Positions 50,630 to 61,576 of a stretch of DNA of 64,000 nucleotides are shown piece after piece. The stretch lies in assembly GCA_965225855.1 (NCBI GenBank), contig CBDDCK010000005.1:1856001-1920000 (forward strand), given 5' to 3'. Numbering within the stretch: the stretch's first letter is position 1; every line of letters begins with the position of its first letter. A program made the position numbers and the translations under genes. The DNA is from Spirochaetia bacterium (GTDB lineage Bacteria; Spirochaetota; Spirochaetia; SP-2023). Under the pieces are notes generated by a model. That model was not told the DNA's origin. It saw only the letters and a program-made list of their open reading frames with translations, and ran no database searches.

Positions 50630-51652
50630 TTAAAGTTTACAATGGCGCACCAGCCAAATGAAGAATGGAGCTCCCAACAATGAAGTAACCAGCCCGGTAG
50701 AAATCTCCAATGGTGCGAGGGCTATACGGGCTACAATATCGACCAATAATAGATAAATCGCCCCGAACAAACAAGAATAAGGTATGATATAGCGATAATC
50801 GGCCCCAACAAATAAACGCACTATATGGGGAATCACTAAGCCGACAAAGCCCATAGGCCCAGCTACCGATACGGCTGCTGCGGTTAGCATGATCACGGCT
50901 AACAGAACAATATTTTTTGCTTTGACTATGTTAATACCTAAACCAATAGCAATATCATCGCCCAGTGCTAAAGCAGTTACTTGTCGGGAAACACCACAGG
51001 CAATAATTAGCCCAATTCCAAACCAGGGCAAACTATAATACAACGCCTGTATATCGGAAGAAGAAATAGAGCCGACTAGCCAGCCACGCAGATGTTCTAA
51101 TGTCCTTTCATCGGTAATGTGGATAAACGTAATCAGTGCGCCTAAGAATGCGGTTACTGCTGCTCCGGCTAATACCAATGTCAAATTTTTGCCAGCGCTG
51201 GGAATATTGCCCGAAGATTGGGAAACTCTTAAAGACAGGGTGGAAATACCCCAAACGACAAAAGCGGTAGTTAAAGCACCAAAAGCCGCCCAAAAAGGGA
51301 TCATCGCATCGGATTGGGATTCAGAAAATGCAACGTAAATTACCACACTAAATGATGCTCCCGTAAGTAGCCCTAAAATAGAAGGTTCTGCCAAAGGGTT
51401 GCGCGTGCTGCCCTGCATCAATGCCCCGGCACAAGCAAGGGCAGCTCCTACCATTAGGGCAATTAAAGCACGGGGCAAACGCAAATCTCGAATGATGACA
51501 TGGGCAAAAATATCTGCGTTGTAGCTAAAAAATGATTCGAACACTTGTTGTAATGGAACAAACTTTGCACCTACCGCTAAATGCAATAAAAAAACCAAAA
51601 TCAATAAGCTCAATAGAATGGGTATGCTAATAATATTTCTTTTTGCGTTCAT
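50630..51652 (-). CDS. Iron-siderophore ABC transporter permease (FecCD family)
   Basis: LRLPR, Q..TRNPLAEP, G..GFVGL..PH.VR and G.PFF motifs. Confidence 0.93.
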   Translation of the reverse strand: MNAKRNIISIPILLSLLILVFLLHLAVGAKFVPLQQVFESFFSYNADIFAHVIIRDLRLPRALIALMVGAALACAGALMQGSTRNPLAEPSILGLLTGASFSVVIYVAFSESQSDAMIPFWAAFGALTTAFVVWGISTLSLRVSQSSGNIPSAGKNLTLVLAGAAVTAFLGALITFIHITDERTLEHLRGWLVGSISSSDIQALYYSLPWFGIGLIIACGVSRQVTALALGDDIAIGLGINIVKAKNIVLLAVIMLTAAAVSVAGPMGFVGLVIPHIVRLFVGADYRYIIPYSCLFGAIYLLLVDIVARIALAPLEISTGLVTSLLGAPFFIWLVRHCKL

Positions 51653-51674
51653 CAATACAGAATGGCTTACGAAA

Positions 51675-52466
51675 TTAAGTGGGAATAAGGGGGATGCAAA
51701 CCGGCTTCCTAGTTTGGGGATCCGAGATGATTTGAGCATCTAGGCCAAATACTGTTTTTAGATTTTCTGGGGTAATAGTGGACATGGGAGTACCTGCAGC
51801 AATTAATTGGCCATTTTTCATCATAATCACGGTGTCGGCAAAAGAGGCTGCAATATTTAACTCATGCAAAACCACTAACAAGATACGATTCTGCTCATGG
51901 GCAATTTTTCTAAGTAGCGTCATTACATCTATTTGAACTTTTAGGTCTAAAAAGGTGGTTGGCTCATCGAGGACAATAATATCGGTATCTTGGGCCAGCG
52001 CCATGGCAATCCAAACACGTTGGCGTTGCCCACCCGACAAAGAAGAAACAGACAAATTAGCAAATTCTGCGGTTTCGGTGGCGTGCATAGCCTGTTCTAC
52101 AGCCACGCTATCTTCTGCTGACCATTGCTGCAAGAGGCTTTGGTGTGGAAAGCGCCCATACGAAATCAATTCGTAAACAGTTAAACCTTCCGGAGCGATG
52201 GGCCCTTGGGGCAATAATGCCATTCGTTTGGCTAATTCTTTATTGGGTATGGTATGCACAGACTGCTCATCAATACTTACTTGTCCCCGGCTAAGTTTTA
52301 AAATACGGACAACAGATTTTAATAATGTAGATTTACCGCAGCCGTTGGCACCAATTAGTGCGGTAATCTCTCCGGCTCTGGCAGTAAAGGAAACCCCCTT
52401 TACCACCGGAGTTTTGTCATAAGCGACACATATATCCTGAATATTTAGAGCTTTAATTGTTTGCAT
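51675..52466 (-). CDS. Iron-siderophore ABC transporter ATP-binding protein (FhuC/FecE-like)
   Basis: GANGCGKST, YGRFPH, LSGGQRQRVWIAMALAQ and LDEPTT.LD motifs. Confidence 0.95.
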   Translation of the reverse strand: MQTIKALNIQDICVAYDKTPVVKGVSFTARAGEITALIGANGCGKSTLLKSVVRILKLSRGQVSIDEQSVHTIPNKELAKRMALLPQGPIAPEGLTVYELISYGRFPHQSLLQQWSAEDSVAVEQAMHATETAEFANLSVSSLSGGQRQRVWIAMALAQDTDIIVLDEPTTFLDLKVQIDVMTLLRKIAHEQNRILLVVLHELNIAASFADTVIMMKNGQLIAAGTPMSTITPENLKTVFGLDAQIISDPQTRKPVCIPLIPT

Positions 52467-52471
52467 TAGTA

Positions 52472-53512
52472 TTATTTGAGGATACGGCTTTCTACACTGC
52501 TAACTGCATAATGAATAGACATTTCCATCGTGCGGAAAGAAATAGCCCCTATATGTTCCGCTGGCAGATATATTAAGTTGCCGGCTTGGCAGGCCGTAAT
52601 GAAGTTACAAAAATCAGGAAGTGCTTCGCTAAAGCGTCCTTGTGCTTTGGAGGGACTCCCTTCCATAAAGCTATACCCTGCAAAAATAAAGTCAGGGTTA
52701 TCATCGACAATGCGCTCCGAGCTAATATAAGCTCCCCAAGATTGGCCACTATCTTGGTCTGGGTTATTTTCCAGTACATATTTTGTTAGTTCGGAAGGCT
52801 CAAAGCCTAAATCATTTAGAACCAATGTTAGCGGTGCATAGTTGGCAAAAAGTTTAATCTTACCGCGATTTCCCCTAAGGACAGAATATTTAAGACCAGA
52901 TTGGCTTAGTTGTTTTTTTGCTTGAGTAATTTGTTCGTTATAGTCCTTTTGCAATTTTTCAAAAGTGGAGATTCTATCGGAAATGTCGGCCAGTTGTGCG
53001 TATAGTTTTATAGGGTCGATACTGCCGTCAAATAAAGCGGTAGGGGCAATCTTTTCTAGCTTGGGCAATAGCTCTTCTTGAAATTTACGCCCAACAATTA
53101 AATCTGGCTGTAAGGAAGCAATCAACTCCAAATCAATGTTATCATAACCGCCAATATATTGGACTTGGCTATTTTCAAAGTCTTGGTTTAGAACCTCACG
53201 AACGCCCCACATATATTGGTTACCATCCTTGTTTAGCCGCCCATGAGAAGCTATTACAGAGGCATTCATTTCTAAGAGTGGCAGCGTTAAAGTTATATCC
53301 ACTAGCGACACGATACGTTTAGGTTGTTGCGGAACGGTTACATTCCGATTCAGGGCATCTGTGAATATGCGGGTATTGTTGCTAGAGTTTTTAGAATCTT
53401 CTGTTGTAGCAGCATTTATATTATTTTTGCTGTTAGTCTTACCGGGACTACAGGCCAACAATAAAAGTAATACATATAATAGGGCTATAATTTTAGGATA
53501 AGAATGTTTCAT
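52472..53512 (-). CDS. Iron-siderophore ABC transporter substrate-binding lipoprotein
   Basis: Lipobox LLAC; P..PKRIV, D.E.IA.L.PDLI and L.KIAPT motifs. Confidence 0.92.
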   Translation of the reverse strand: MKHSYPKIIALLYVLLLLLACSPGKTNSKNNINAATTEDSKNSSNNTRIFTDALNRNVTVPQQPKRIVSLVDITLTLPLLEMNASVIASHGRLNKDGNQYMWGVREVLNQDFENSQVQYIGGYDNIDLELIASLQPDLIVGRKFQEELLPKLEKIAPTALFDGSIDPIKLYAQLADISDRISTFEKLQKDYNEQITQAKKQLSQSGLKYSVLRGNRGKIKLFANYAPLTLVLNDLGFEPSELTKYVLENNPDQDSGQSWGAYISSERIVDDNPDFIFAGYSFMEGSPSKAQGRFSEALPDFCNFITACQAGNLIYLPAEHIGAISFRTMEMSIHYAVSSVESRILK

Positions 53513-53553
53513 TTGTTGCCTCCTTATTGGACAAATACTAGAATAAAAATATT

Positions 53554-53588
53554 AAAATTGATTATCATTATTTTTCAATTTTTGTCAA
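53554..53588 (-). promoter_or_regulatory. Sigma70 promoter with a Fur box overlapping the -10
   Basis: Minus strand TTGACA at 53583-53588, then AATAATGATAATCAATTTT (53554-53572), a 15/19 match to the Fur consensus. Confidence 0.72.
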
Positions 53589-53831
53589 GCTGTATTGGTA
53601 AAAAATTTTCTACACCAATTTTTTAAGATGTTATACTTTATAGAAAATAAAAGCTGGGGGAGGCTATGAAATTATTTGTTTTTTATTTTTGTATGGTTAC
53701 GATTTAACCATACAAAAATAAAAGGGTTGGAAAATTTAGATAGAAATATATTGTTTGGAAAACAAGTATTCTAGGATTAAAGGGATTGACGAAATGGGGT
53801 TTGTTTTACAAAATGCACCCCGAGCTTTATA

Positions 53832-53905
53832 GGGTGGTTAGCTCAGTTGGTTAGAGTACATGCATGACACGCATGGGGTCGGCGGTTCGAGTCCGCCACT
53901 ACCCA
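53832..53905 (+). tRNA. tRNA-Val (GAC)
   Basis: Acceptor stem GGGTGGT/ACTACCC, anticodon arm CATGC-ATGACAC-GCATG, GGCGG-TTCGAGT-CCGCC. TTGACG-N17-CAAAAT promoter upstream. Confidence 0.95.
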
Positions 53906-53983
53906 GTTATTATTTTGTATTATTTTGGTAACTTGTATTTTTATTGTCCAATTTCTTGCTTAAGAATCTTGTTTGATTAGCTA

Positions 53984-56605
53984 ATGAAATCCTACCTTTC
54001 TGTTTTAAGAGATCACTTTCCTAGTAGATATAATTTTATTATTATAAGCTCTATGTCGGTTCTTTTTTTCAGCATCACATTGGGTATGGCTTTGGGAAAG
54101 TTATTGAGTCTAGGGGCTTATGTAGGAACTTATGAACCACTAATCACAAATGATCAGCCTTTGCCTTCTCGCATTTATGACGTTCATAACAATCTAATTA
54201 CAGAGATTTCTCAAGGTTCACGCGAGCTGTTGGCTCAAAATGAATTGAACCGAAATTTAATTTATGCCTTGATGGGGCGTGAAGATAGCACATTTTTTGA
54301 ACACAACGGTTTTTCTCTGTTCGGTACGTTTCGCGCTTTTGCTTATATCGTTTTAGATAAATTATTTTCTGTTGGGACTGCAGGTGGGGGAAGTACCTTG
54401 ACCCAGCAATTGGCAGGTTCGCTCAAGGCAGACCGAACTGATATATCGGTGAGCCGCAAAATCCGCGAACTGTGGTGGTCTTTCATTTTTGAGAAATATT
54501 ATTCCAAAAATGAAATATTAGTTACTTATTTGAATAATATGTACTTTGGCGATCGCAATTATGGTATTGAAGCGGCCAGTCGTTTTTTCTTTGGCCATTC
54601 GGCTTATAATAATAGCATTGTTGAGTCTGTATTAGCTGTAATTCAATTGGCTCGTCCCAACGGTGATTTTTCGCCTTTGCGCAATCCAGAAATGGCCAAA
54701 TTAAGGCAAGAGGCCGTCCTGACCAAAATTGTTGATTTGGGCTTAATGACCAACGAACAAGTTCAGCAGGATAGTCAAAGATATTGGGATAGTTTTGACT
54801 TGACAAAAGTAAGCCAGCGGAGCCCGAAACGAATTGATAAGGCTCCATATTTTTCTGACTATGTGGCCAATGTATTGGAAAAAAAGCTTTATGGAATCAA
54901 TAATCTAACTCAATCTGGTTACAATATTTATACAACCTTAGACCTTACGGTACAAAAACAAGTGGATAAAATTGTCCAAGAAGAAATGAATATTGTTGAT
55001 AATATTTATAAAAGCCAAAATTTGGACTTATTTACCGTTTTAGAAAGGCAAGAATTACCTGAACTAGCCCGACTGCGTTTGTTATTTGGTCTAAATTTGA
55101 ATTTAGCTGGTGGGCGGTCTAAACGGGCTGCCGAACAAACTTTGCAAAATCAGTTTGCCCCAACGTTAGAAGTGATTGTCGGTACTTTAGGCTTGGAATC
55201 TCAATTGCCAATGTTGAAAATGTCTGCAGAACATTTGGATAAATTTTTGGCTAGAACGGTTCCTGAAACGGCAATTTTATCGATTGATAATCGCACGGGT
55301 AATATTGTGACTATGGTTGGAGGGCGCACATATAATATTAACGAAGCTCGTTTGTTTAACAGGGCTATTGATGCACGAGTGCCAATGGGTTCTTCGATCA
55401 AGCCCCTTTATTTTGCTGCGGCTTTTGAGAAAGGAGTGTTAACCGGTGCTACTCAACTGGGAGATTTACCTTATCGGTTTATCAACCCCAATGGCGAGCC
55501 TTACATTCCTTACAATTATCATGTCGATTTTAAAGGGGTTGTTTTGCCTCGCAGGGCTTTGCAACTTTCACTCAATATACCGGCGATTCACGTTTTTGAT
55601 ATGGTTGGTTTTAACAAAGGAGTTGATATGCTGACGCGTATGTTGGGGATCGATGATGCCCGCGCAATTCGTCGTGATTTTCCTTTTGTTTTTCCCTTGG
55701 CGCTGGGTGTATCGCCAGTGGCTCCCATACAATTGTTGCGAGCTTTTACCATTTTTGAAAATGGCGGTGTACCGATTGAACCTAACCCAATTCGATATGT
55801 TGAAGACCGCAATGGCCAAGTTATTTTCCACTATGAACAAGATAATTTGCGCCGTATTCAAGATTCTTCCCGCAGGGTATTGAGCCCAAAGACTGCTTAT
55901 GTTATGACTAAAATGCTGGAGAGTGTACCGAGTGGCGGTACACTTTACGCTTCAAAACACCGTTATGAAGAAAAATATGGTAAATTTGAACATCCATTAG
56001 CAGCCAAAACAGGCACAGCGGAAAACTGGTCTGATGGTTGGACGGTTGGGTATACGCCCAATTATAGTACTGCTGTTTGGGTTGGTTTTGACCAAGCTGG
56101 TAACTCCTTGGGGGAATCTCTATACGGGGGCAAGGCTGCAGGCCCGATGTTTATGCGGATTATGGGTTTGTTACATCAAAATAAAAAAGCGAAAAAAGTG
56201 AATTTTGAAAAACCAGAAGGTGTTTTCTCGCTGACGATAGATAAAAGAAATGGTTATCGCTGGGTTGCTGCATGTGGTGAAGAAAATAAAGTTTATGAAT
56301 GGTTTATTGAAGGAACCGCTCCTAGAAAAAAATGCACTGAGGCTCGCCAGAGCGATGTTTTTAATTTTGGGCTTATATCGTCTTATACTGCAGCAGAATC
56401 TTCTAGTGAAGAGTCGGATACTTTTGATCTTTCCAGTTTTAATTTTTTAAACGAAAGTTTAGATGATACTGAAACTTATGATAGTAGTTCTACTAGTGAT
56501 ATAGATGGCAATGATTTTGACGATTTGAATGATACTCCTACAAGAAATGAATCGAGTAATGATTCTTTTTTTGAGAATCAAGAAAATCTGCGTTCTGATA
56601 ATTGA
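53984..56605 (+). CDS. Class A penicillin-binding protein (PBP1A family)
   Basis: Transglycosylase ED..FFEH.G, GGSTLTQQL and RK..E; transpeptidase S.IK, S.N and KTGT; acidic low-complexity tail. Confidence 0.95.
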   Translation: MKSYLSVLRDHFPSRYNFIIISSMSVLFFSITLGMALGKLLSLGAYVGTYEPLITNDQPLPSRIYDVHNNLITEISQGSRELLAQNELNRNLIYALMGREDSTFFEHNGFSLFGTFRAFAYIVLDKLFSVGTAGGGSTLTQQLAGSLKADRTDISVSRKIRELWWSFIFEKYYSKNEILVTYLNNMYFGDRNYGIEAASRFFFGHSAYNNSIVESVLAVIQLARPNGDFSPLRNPEMAKLRQEAVLTKIVDLGLMTNEQVQQDSQRYWDSFDLTKVSQRSPKRIDKAPYFSDYVANVLEKKLYGINNLTQSGYNIYTTLDLTVQKQVDKIVQEEMNIVDNIYKSQNLDLFTVLERQELPELARLRLLFGLNLNLAGGRSKRAAEQTLQNQFAPTLEVIVGTLGLESQLPMLKMSAEHLDKFLARTVPETAILSIDNRTGNIVTMVGGRTYNINEARLFNRAIDARVPMGSSIKPLYFAAAFEKGVLTGATQLGDLPYRFINPNGEPYIPYNYHVDFKGVVLPRRALQLSLNIPAIHVFDMVGFNKGVDMLTRMLGIDDARAIRRDFPFVFPLALGVSPVAPIQLLRAFTIFENGGVPIEPNPIRYVEDRNGQVIFHYEQDNLRRIQDSSRRVLSPKTAYVMTKMLESVPSGGTLYASKHRYEEKYGKFEHPLAAKTGTAENWSDGWTVGYTPNYSTAVWVGFDQAGNSLGESLYGGKAAGPMFMRIMGLLHQNKKAKKVNFEKPEGVFSLTIDKRNGYRWVAACGEENKVYEWFIEGTAPRKKCTEARQSDVFNFGLISSYTAAESSSEESDTFDLSSFNFLNESLDDTETYDSSSTSDIDGNDFDDLNDTPTRNESSNDSFFENQENLRSDN

Positions 56606-56753
56606 GTTTTTGAAAAGATAGATAGTGCCAAAGATTCTAAATGCTTGATGTTTGCTTTGAGTCTTGCTTTAAGCAAAATATATTTTAGATGCCGGTGTGG
56701 CAGAATTTAGAATGAAGAATATTTTATAAATTGATAGGCTGTTGAAACATATT

Positions 56754-58829
56754 ATGATAGAAAATATACGCAACATTGGCATTATTGCACACATTGATGC
56801 TGGTAAAACGACAACGACAGAAAGAATCCTTTTTTATACCGGGAAAAATCATCGTATTGGTGAAGTGGATAGTGGCAGTGCTACGATGGATTGGATGGAG
56901 CAAGAGCAAGACAGGGGGATTACCATTGTTGCTGCAGCGACTACCTGTGATTGGAGTGTTCAAGTTTGTGGCAAGCAACAGCAAATTCAAATTAATTTGA
57001 TTGATACCCCCGGCCATGTGGATTTTACTGTTGAAGTTGAGCGTTCACTGCGGGTGCTCGATGGGGCCATCGCCGTTTTGTGTGCAGTAAAAGGTATTGA
57101 ACCGCAAACCGAAACCGTGTGGAGACAGTCGGAACACTACCATATACCGCGTCTGGTCTACATTAATAAAATGGATAGAGCGGGTGCTGATTTTGATGGT
57201 GTCATAGAGCAACTTCGTGATAAATTTGGAGCAAGGCCCCTGCCATTATATTTACCAATAGGAATAGAAAATAATTATATTGGCAATATTGATGTATTGC
57301 GTAAAGAAGAAATTTATTTTCATGGTGAAAACGGCGAGCAAATAGAACACAAACCTCTTTCTGCTGAAAATAGGGAACGGGCCGTACAAGCCTATGACGA
57401 GTTGATCAATGTTCTTAGTGAACAAGAAGATCAAATTGCGGAATTTTACCTCACGGGTGTAGAAATTCCATTGGAGCTGTGCCAAAATGTGATACGTCGG
57501 CTTTGTTTGGGTAAAGAAATTATTCCTGTGTATGTTGGTTCTTCGTTAAAAAATAAAGGTATACAACAATTGCTTGATGGAGTGGCTTTATATTTACCGG
57601 CCCCTGTGGATATGCCACCATTACAGGCAACTAAAGTCGGCGAGAAAAAAAATAAAAGATTAGAGACGGATAACTTGGTTGAGCTTACAGCGGATTCTAT
57701 GGCTAATTTGGCCGCACTTGTATTTAAAATACAATATCATAAAGAAATGGGTATGCTCTGTTATGTGCGAATTTACAGTGGCATTCTTAAAGCGAATCAC
57801 AATATTTTCAACGTGCGTAAAAGGAGATGCGAACGTGTAAACCGCTTAATTCAAATGCATGCAAATAGTTATAGCCCCGTTTCTGCACTGAAGGCTGGCG
57901 AAATTGGTGTTGTTGTGGGTTTAAAGTTGGCCCAAACAGGCGATACCATTTGCGATGAAAAAAATCAATTTTTGTTGGAATCAATGGACTTTCCAAAGCC
58001 AGTTATTTCTATTGCGATAGAATTAGAAAGTAGTTCTGATGGCGATAAGCTAGCTTTGGCTTTGCAACATTTAGAGCGTGAAGACCCAACATTCCATGTT
58101 AGAGAAAATAGTGATACCGGCCAGATTTTGCTTTCTGGTATGGGGGAATTGCATTTAGAAGTTTTGTGTAAAAGGTTGTGCGATGAATTTAAATTGCGGT
58201 TTCGTATCGGCAATCCCCGCGTGGCTCACCGCGAAACATTGCGCCATGCTTGCCAAGGTGTGGGTCGTTTTAGCCATGAAATTGCCGGTGTGCAACAAGA
58301 TATTATGGTTGAGTTAGAACTGCGGCCCATTGAATCTAAAAGTCAAGATAGGGGCTTTAATTATTTTTACAACCTTTGTGATGAGCTGCCTAAAGATTAT
58401 GTAGAGCTATTGAAAACTGCGCAAATGCGCCACCTAGAAACAGGGTTTTGTTTGGGCTACCCCGTGATTGACGTTGAGCTTGTGTTAAAATCTTGCCGTT
58501 ATAGTGCCGAAGAACCTTATGAGCCGGGCTTTGAAGCGGCTATGGCTTATGCTATTGATCAGGCAGTGCGAGAGCAAGAAACCTTGTTGTTGGAACCCAT
58601 TATGAACATTACGGTAATGGCTCCAGCAGAATATGTGGGTGATGTAATTAGCCAATTGACCCAAAGGCACGGCCAAGTGCACAGTATAGAAGCACAGCCC
58701 AATTGCGATGTGCTCTATGCAACCGCACCCCTTTCCAAGCTGTTTGGTTATTCGACTATTTTGCGTAGCCAAACCCAAGGGCGTGGTTCATTTGCTTTAG
58801 AGTTTGCTTACTTCGATGTTGCTTTGTAG
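56754..58829 (+). CDS. fusA: Elongation factor G paralog (stand-alone, EF-G2-like)
   Basis: AHIDAGKTT, RGITI, DTPGH, NKMD, GMGELHL and LLEPIM motifs; not in an rpsL-rpsG-tuf context. Confidence 0.92.
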   Translation: MIENIRNIGIIAHIDAGKTTTTERILFYTGKNHRIGEVDSGSATMDWMEQEQDRGITIVAAATTCDWSVQVCGKQQQIQINLIDTPGHVDFTVEVERSLRVLDGAIAVLCAVKGIEPQTETVWRQSEHYHIPRLVYINKMDRAGADFDGVIEQLRDKFGARPLPLYLPIGIENNYIGNIDVLRKEEIYFHGENGEQIEHKPLSAENRERAVQAYDELINVLSEQEDQIAEFYLTGVEIPLELCQNVIRRLCLGKEIIPVYVGSSLKNKGIQQLLDGVALYLPAPVDMPPLQATKVGEKKNKRLETDNLVELTADSMANLAALVFKIQYHKEMGMLCYVRIYSGILKANHNIFNVRKRRCERVNRLIQMHANSYSPVSALKAGEIGVVVGLKLAQTGDTICDEKNQFLLESMDFPKPVISIAIELESSSDGDKLALALQHLEREDPTFHVRENSDTGQILLSGMGELHLEVLCKRLCDEFKLRFRIGNPRVAHRETLRHACQGVGRFSHEIAGVQQDIMVELELRPIESKSQDRGFNYFYNLCDELPKDYVELLKTAQMRHLETGFCLGYPVIDVELVLKSCRYSAEEPYEPGFEAAMAYAIDQAVREQETLLLEPIMNITVMAPAEYVGDVISQLTQRHGQVHSIEAQPNCDVLYATAPLSKLFGYSTILRSQTQGRGSFALEFAYFDVAL

Positions 58830-58832
58830 TAC

Positions 58833-60902
58833 ATGCCAGTAATGCAAAATAAACAACAAGTTAGAGAAAACTTTATAGCTGATAGGGCAGCTCATTTTTC
58901 TGAAGAGCTCTACCCGTTACTGCATCAAGTCCAGCAAGATGGCGGTATCCAAAGATTGGCCTTTTCCCAGCTCGGCCCCTTGGCTAGCGAGTTGAGGCGT
59001 TCTCTAATAAATATTGTTCAATCAACGGGCGGGCATCTAGCTTCTAATTTGGGTGTTGTAGAGCTTACCATTGCTTTGCACTACGTTTTCCATTCGCCCA
59101 AAGATGCTTTCTTGTGGGATGTTGGCCACCAAAGCTATGTGCATAAGATGCTCACAGGGCGCTGGTTTGGTTTTGCCCATTTGCGCCAGCAAGGGGGGCT
59201 TTCAGGCTTCCCGCGAAGAGATGAGAGCCCGCATGACTATCTGAATGCTGGCCATGCTGGTACTGCTATTTCTGCAGGGTTGGGTTTGGAATTGGGTCGC
59301 AGCTTAGCGGCTAATTCAACACAAGAGCCGCGGGGTAAAGTGCTATGTGTGGTGGGTGATGCTTCTCTTACATCGGGAATGGCCTTTGAAGCGATGAACC
59401 ACTGTGGCCATGTATCCAACCAATTGGTTGTGGTGATGAATGATAATGAAATGTCTATCTCTGCGAATGTAGGGGCTGTATCGCGCATACTTAGCCGTTT
59501 GACAGCAGGGCATTCTTATGTGTTTATCCGCGACCATATCAACCAATTGGTTGGTTCTATCCCTTTTCTTGGTGCTCCAGCTTATCAAGGTTTGCTGCGC
59601 CTTAAAGGGGCCATTAAGAAGGCGGTCTATCGCAACAATCTCTTTACAGAATTTGGCTTTAAGTACATTGGCCCCATAGATGGCCACAATATCAAAATGC
59701 TTTTAGATGCCTTTGAAAGAATTGCTTTGCTAAGGGAACCAGTCTTTTTACACGTGCGCACGCAAAAGGGAAAAGGCTTAAAGGAAGCTGAGGAAGCTCC
59801 AGCGCAATATCACGGTGTCTTGCCCCAGCCCTCAAAATCTGTTCAGCCTGTGGCAACAACTGTGGTCCCAAGCAGACAACAAACTTTTACCCAGAGCTTT
59901 ACTACTGTTTTGATGGGTTTGGAACAACGTTATGCCGACTTGGTTTGTATTAGCGCAGCCATGTCCGGTAGTACTGGTTTAAAGGCCTTTGCCGATCGCT
60001 ATCCCCAGCGTTTCTTTGATGTTGGTATCGCCGAACAGCATGCGGTTACTCTGGCTTGTGGTCTGGCTCTAGCAGGCAAGCAGCCTTTAATTGCCATCTA
60101 CTCTACCTTTATGCAGCGGGCTTTAGACCAATTGATTCACGATATTACGTTAATGCATCTGCCCGTGGTCTTTGTGTGCGACCGCGCAGGGATAGTTCCC
60201 GGTGATGGCGATACTCATCAGGGTATTTACGACATTGCCCAGTTTCGCAATATTATCGGGCTGGAGCTTTATAGCCCTAGCACGCAACAGCAATTACAAG
60301 CTTGTTTAGAAACCGTATTGGAGCGCGGCTCTAAAGATATTACTTGTTGGAAGCAAGCCAGCCCAATGGCTAACCCACAGCTACACTCGCTACCTGCGAT
60401 AATTCGCATACCCAAGCGCAACTGCCCCGATATTCGGCCCAATGGAAGGCCCGACCAGCTATGGCAGCTACAATTCTTTGCTGCAAAGCCAAACATCAAC
60501 CAGTTCACAGGCCCTTTTGCCCAGCCGATAGCGCAGAAGGCTTTACTATTCTGTACCGGAAGTTTGTTAGTAGAGGCATTGGCACTTCAGCAAAAGCTAG
60601 CAGCCGAAGATATTTACTTAGATGTGCTACAGCTATGCCAATTATCACCGTTGCCCAGCTACTTGCAGGATTATTTTACCCCTAGTTATAGGGCCATATT
60701 CAGCATTGAAGACGCAGTTATTCAAGGTGGCGTCGGGGAGGCATTACTTCGCTTAGCTATGAATTTGTCTCTACCCGAGCGTGTATATATACGCGGGGTG
60801 GACGGGAAGATACCCCAGTTAGGCACGTATCAAGAATTATTACAAAACTATGGGCTTGATGTCGAGAGCCTTCAGGTTTGGGTTAAGCATACCCTTAGAT
60901 AA
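58833..60902 (+). CDS. dxs: 1-deoxy-D-xylulose-5-phosphate synthase
   Basis: GGHLASNLG.VELT.ALH, WDVGHQ.Y.HK, GD...GMAFEA.N, FFDVGIAEQHA, YSTF.QR and DG.THQG motifs. Confidence 0.96.
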   Translation: MPVMQNKQQVRENFIADRAAHFSEELYPLLHQVQQDGGIQRLAFSQLGPLASELRRSLINIVQSTGGHLASNLGVVELTIALHYVFHSPKDAFLWDVGHQSYVHKMLTGRWFGFAHLRQQGGLSGFPRRDESPHDYLNAGHAGTAISAGLGLELGRSLAANSTQEPRGKVLCVVGDASLTSGMAFEAMNHCGHVSNQLVVVMNDNEMSISANVGAVSRILSRLTAGHSYVFIRDHINQLVGSIPFLGAPAYQGLLRLKGAIKKAVYRNNLFTEFGFKYIGPIDGHNIKMLLDAFERIALLREPVFLHVRTQKGKGLKEAEEAPAQYHGVLPQPSKSVQPVATTVVPSRQQTFTQSFTTVLMGLEQRYADLVCISAAMSGSTGLKAFADRYPQRFFDVGIAEQHAVTLACGLALAGKQPLIAIYSTFMQRALDQLIHDITLMHLPVVFVCDRAGIVPGDGDTHQGIYDIAQFRNIIGLELYSPSTQQQLQACLETVLERGSKDITCWKQASPMANPQLHSLPAIIRIPKRNCPDIRPNGRPDQLWQLQFFAAKPNINQFTGPFAQPIAQKALLFCTGSLLVEALALQQKLAAEDIYLDVLQLCQLSPLPSYLQDYFTPSYRAIFSIEDAVIQGGVGEALLRLAMNLSLPERVYIRGVDGKIPQLGTYQELLQNYGLDVESLQVWVKHTLR

Positions 60903-60928
60903 TCATTTGAGGTAGTCGTTACAATTCT

Positions 60929-61561
60929 TTACTGTTGAGGCCGTAGCTCTGCATAGCGGAAGCAGCTTTGCAAGTGGTCATTGACAATACCAATGGCCTG
61001 TAGGTAGGCGTAGACCGTAATAGCACCCAAGCGACAAAAGCCATATTGCTTTAAATCTCGTGCAATCTGTTCGGCTAGGGTGGACTTAGCTGGGACTTGG
61101 GCTGCTTCATGCCAGTTATTGTGCAGAGTTTGCCCCTCGGTGAAATGCCAGATATAGGCGTCAAAGCTACCCCATTGTTTTTGCACTGCTAAAAAGCAGC
61201 GGGCATTGTTTATGGCACCTTCTATCTTAGAGTGGTGGCGAATAATACTACTATCGTGGAGCAACCTTTGCACCTTATCAGCACCATATTGGGCAACAAC
61301 AGCGGGCTGAAAGTTACTGAAGGCATAGCGGAATGCTTCTCTGCGCTGTAATATTAATTGCCAATTTAAGCCCGCTTGGAAAGACTCCAGCAATAGAAAC
61401 TCAAAATGGCGTTGGTCATCGTGCAAGGGCAAACCCCATTCGCAATCATGATAATCCTGCAGCAACCAATCAGCTTCTTTTATAGTGCTGGTTGCCGTTG
61501 TTATTTTGGCCGCCCCTTTGATAGCCCAAGGGCAACGATACCGTTTTTCCACGCTTTCCAT
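60929..61561 (-). CDS. tag: DNA-3-methyladenine glycosylase I
   Basis: RC.W, YHD.EWG, LE.FQAGL.W and NDH...C motifs. Confidence 0.95.
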   Translation of the reverse strand: MESVEKRYRCPWAIKGAAKITTATSTIKEADWLLQDYHDCEWGLPLHDDQRHFEFLLLESFQAGLNWQLILQRREAFRYAFSNFQPAVVAQYGADKVQRLLHDSSIIRHHSKIEGAINNARCFLAVQKQWGSFDAYIWHFTEGQTLHNNWHEAAQVPAKSTLAEQIARDLKQYGFCRLGAITVYAYLQAIGIVNDHLQSCFRYAELRPQQ

Positions 61562-61576
61562 CTATTTTAAAAGGCT

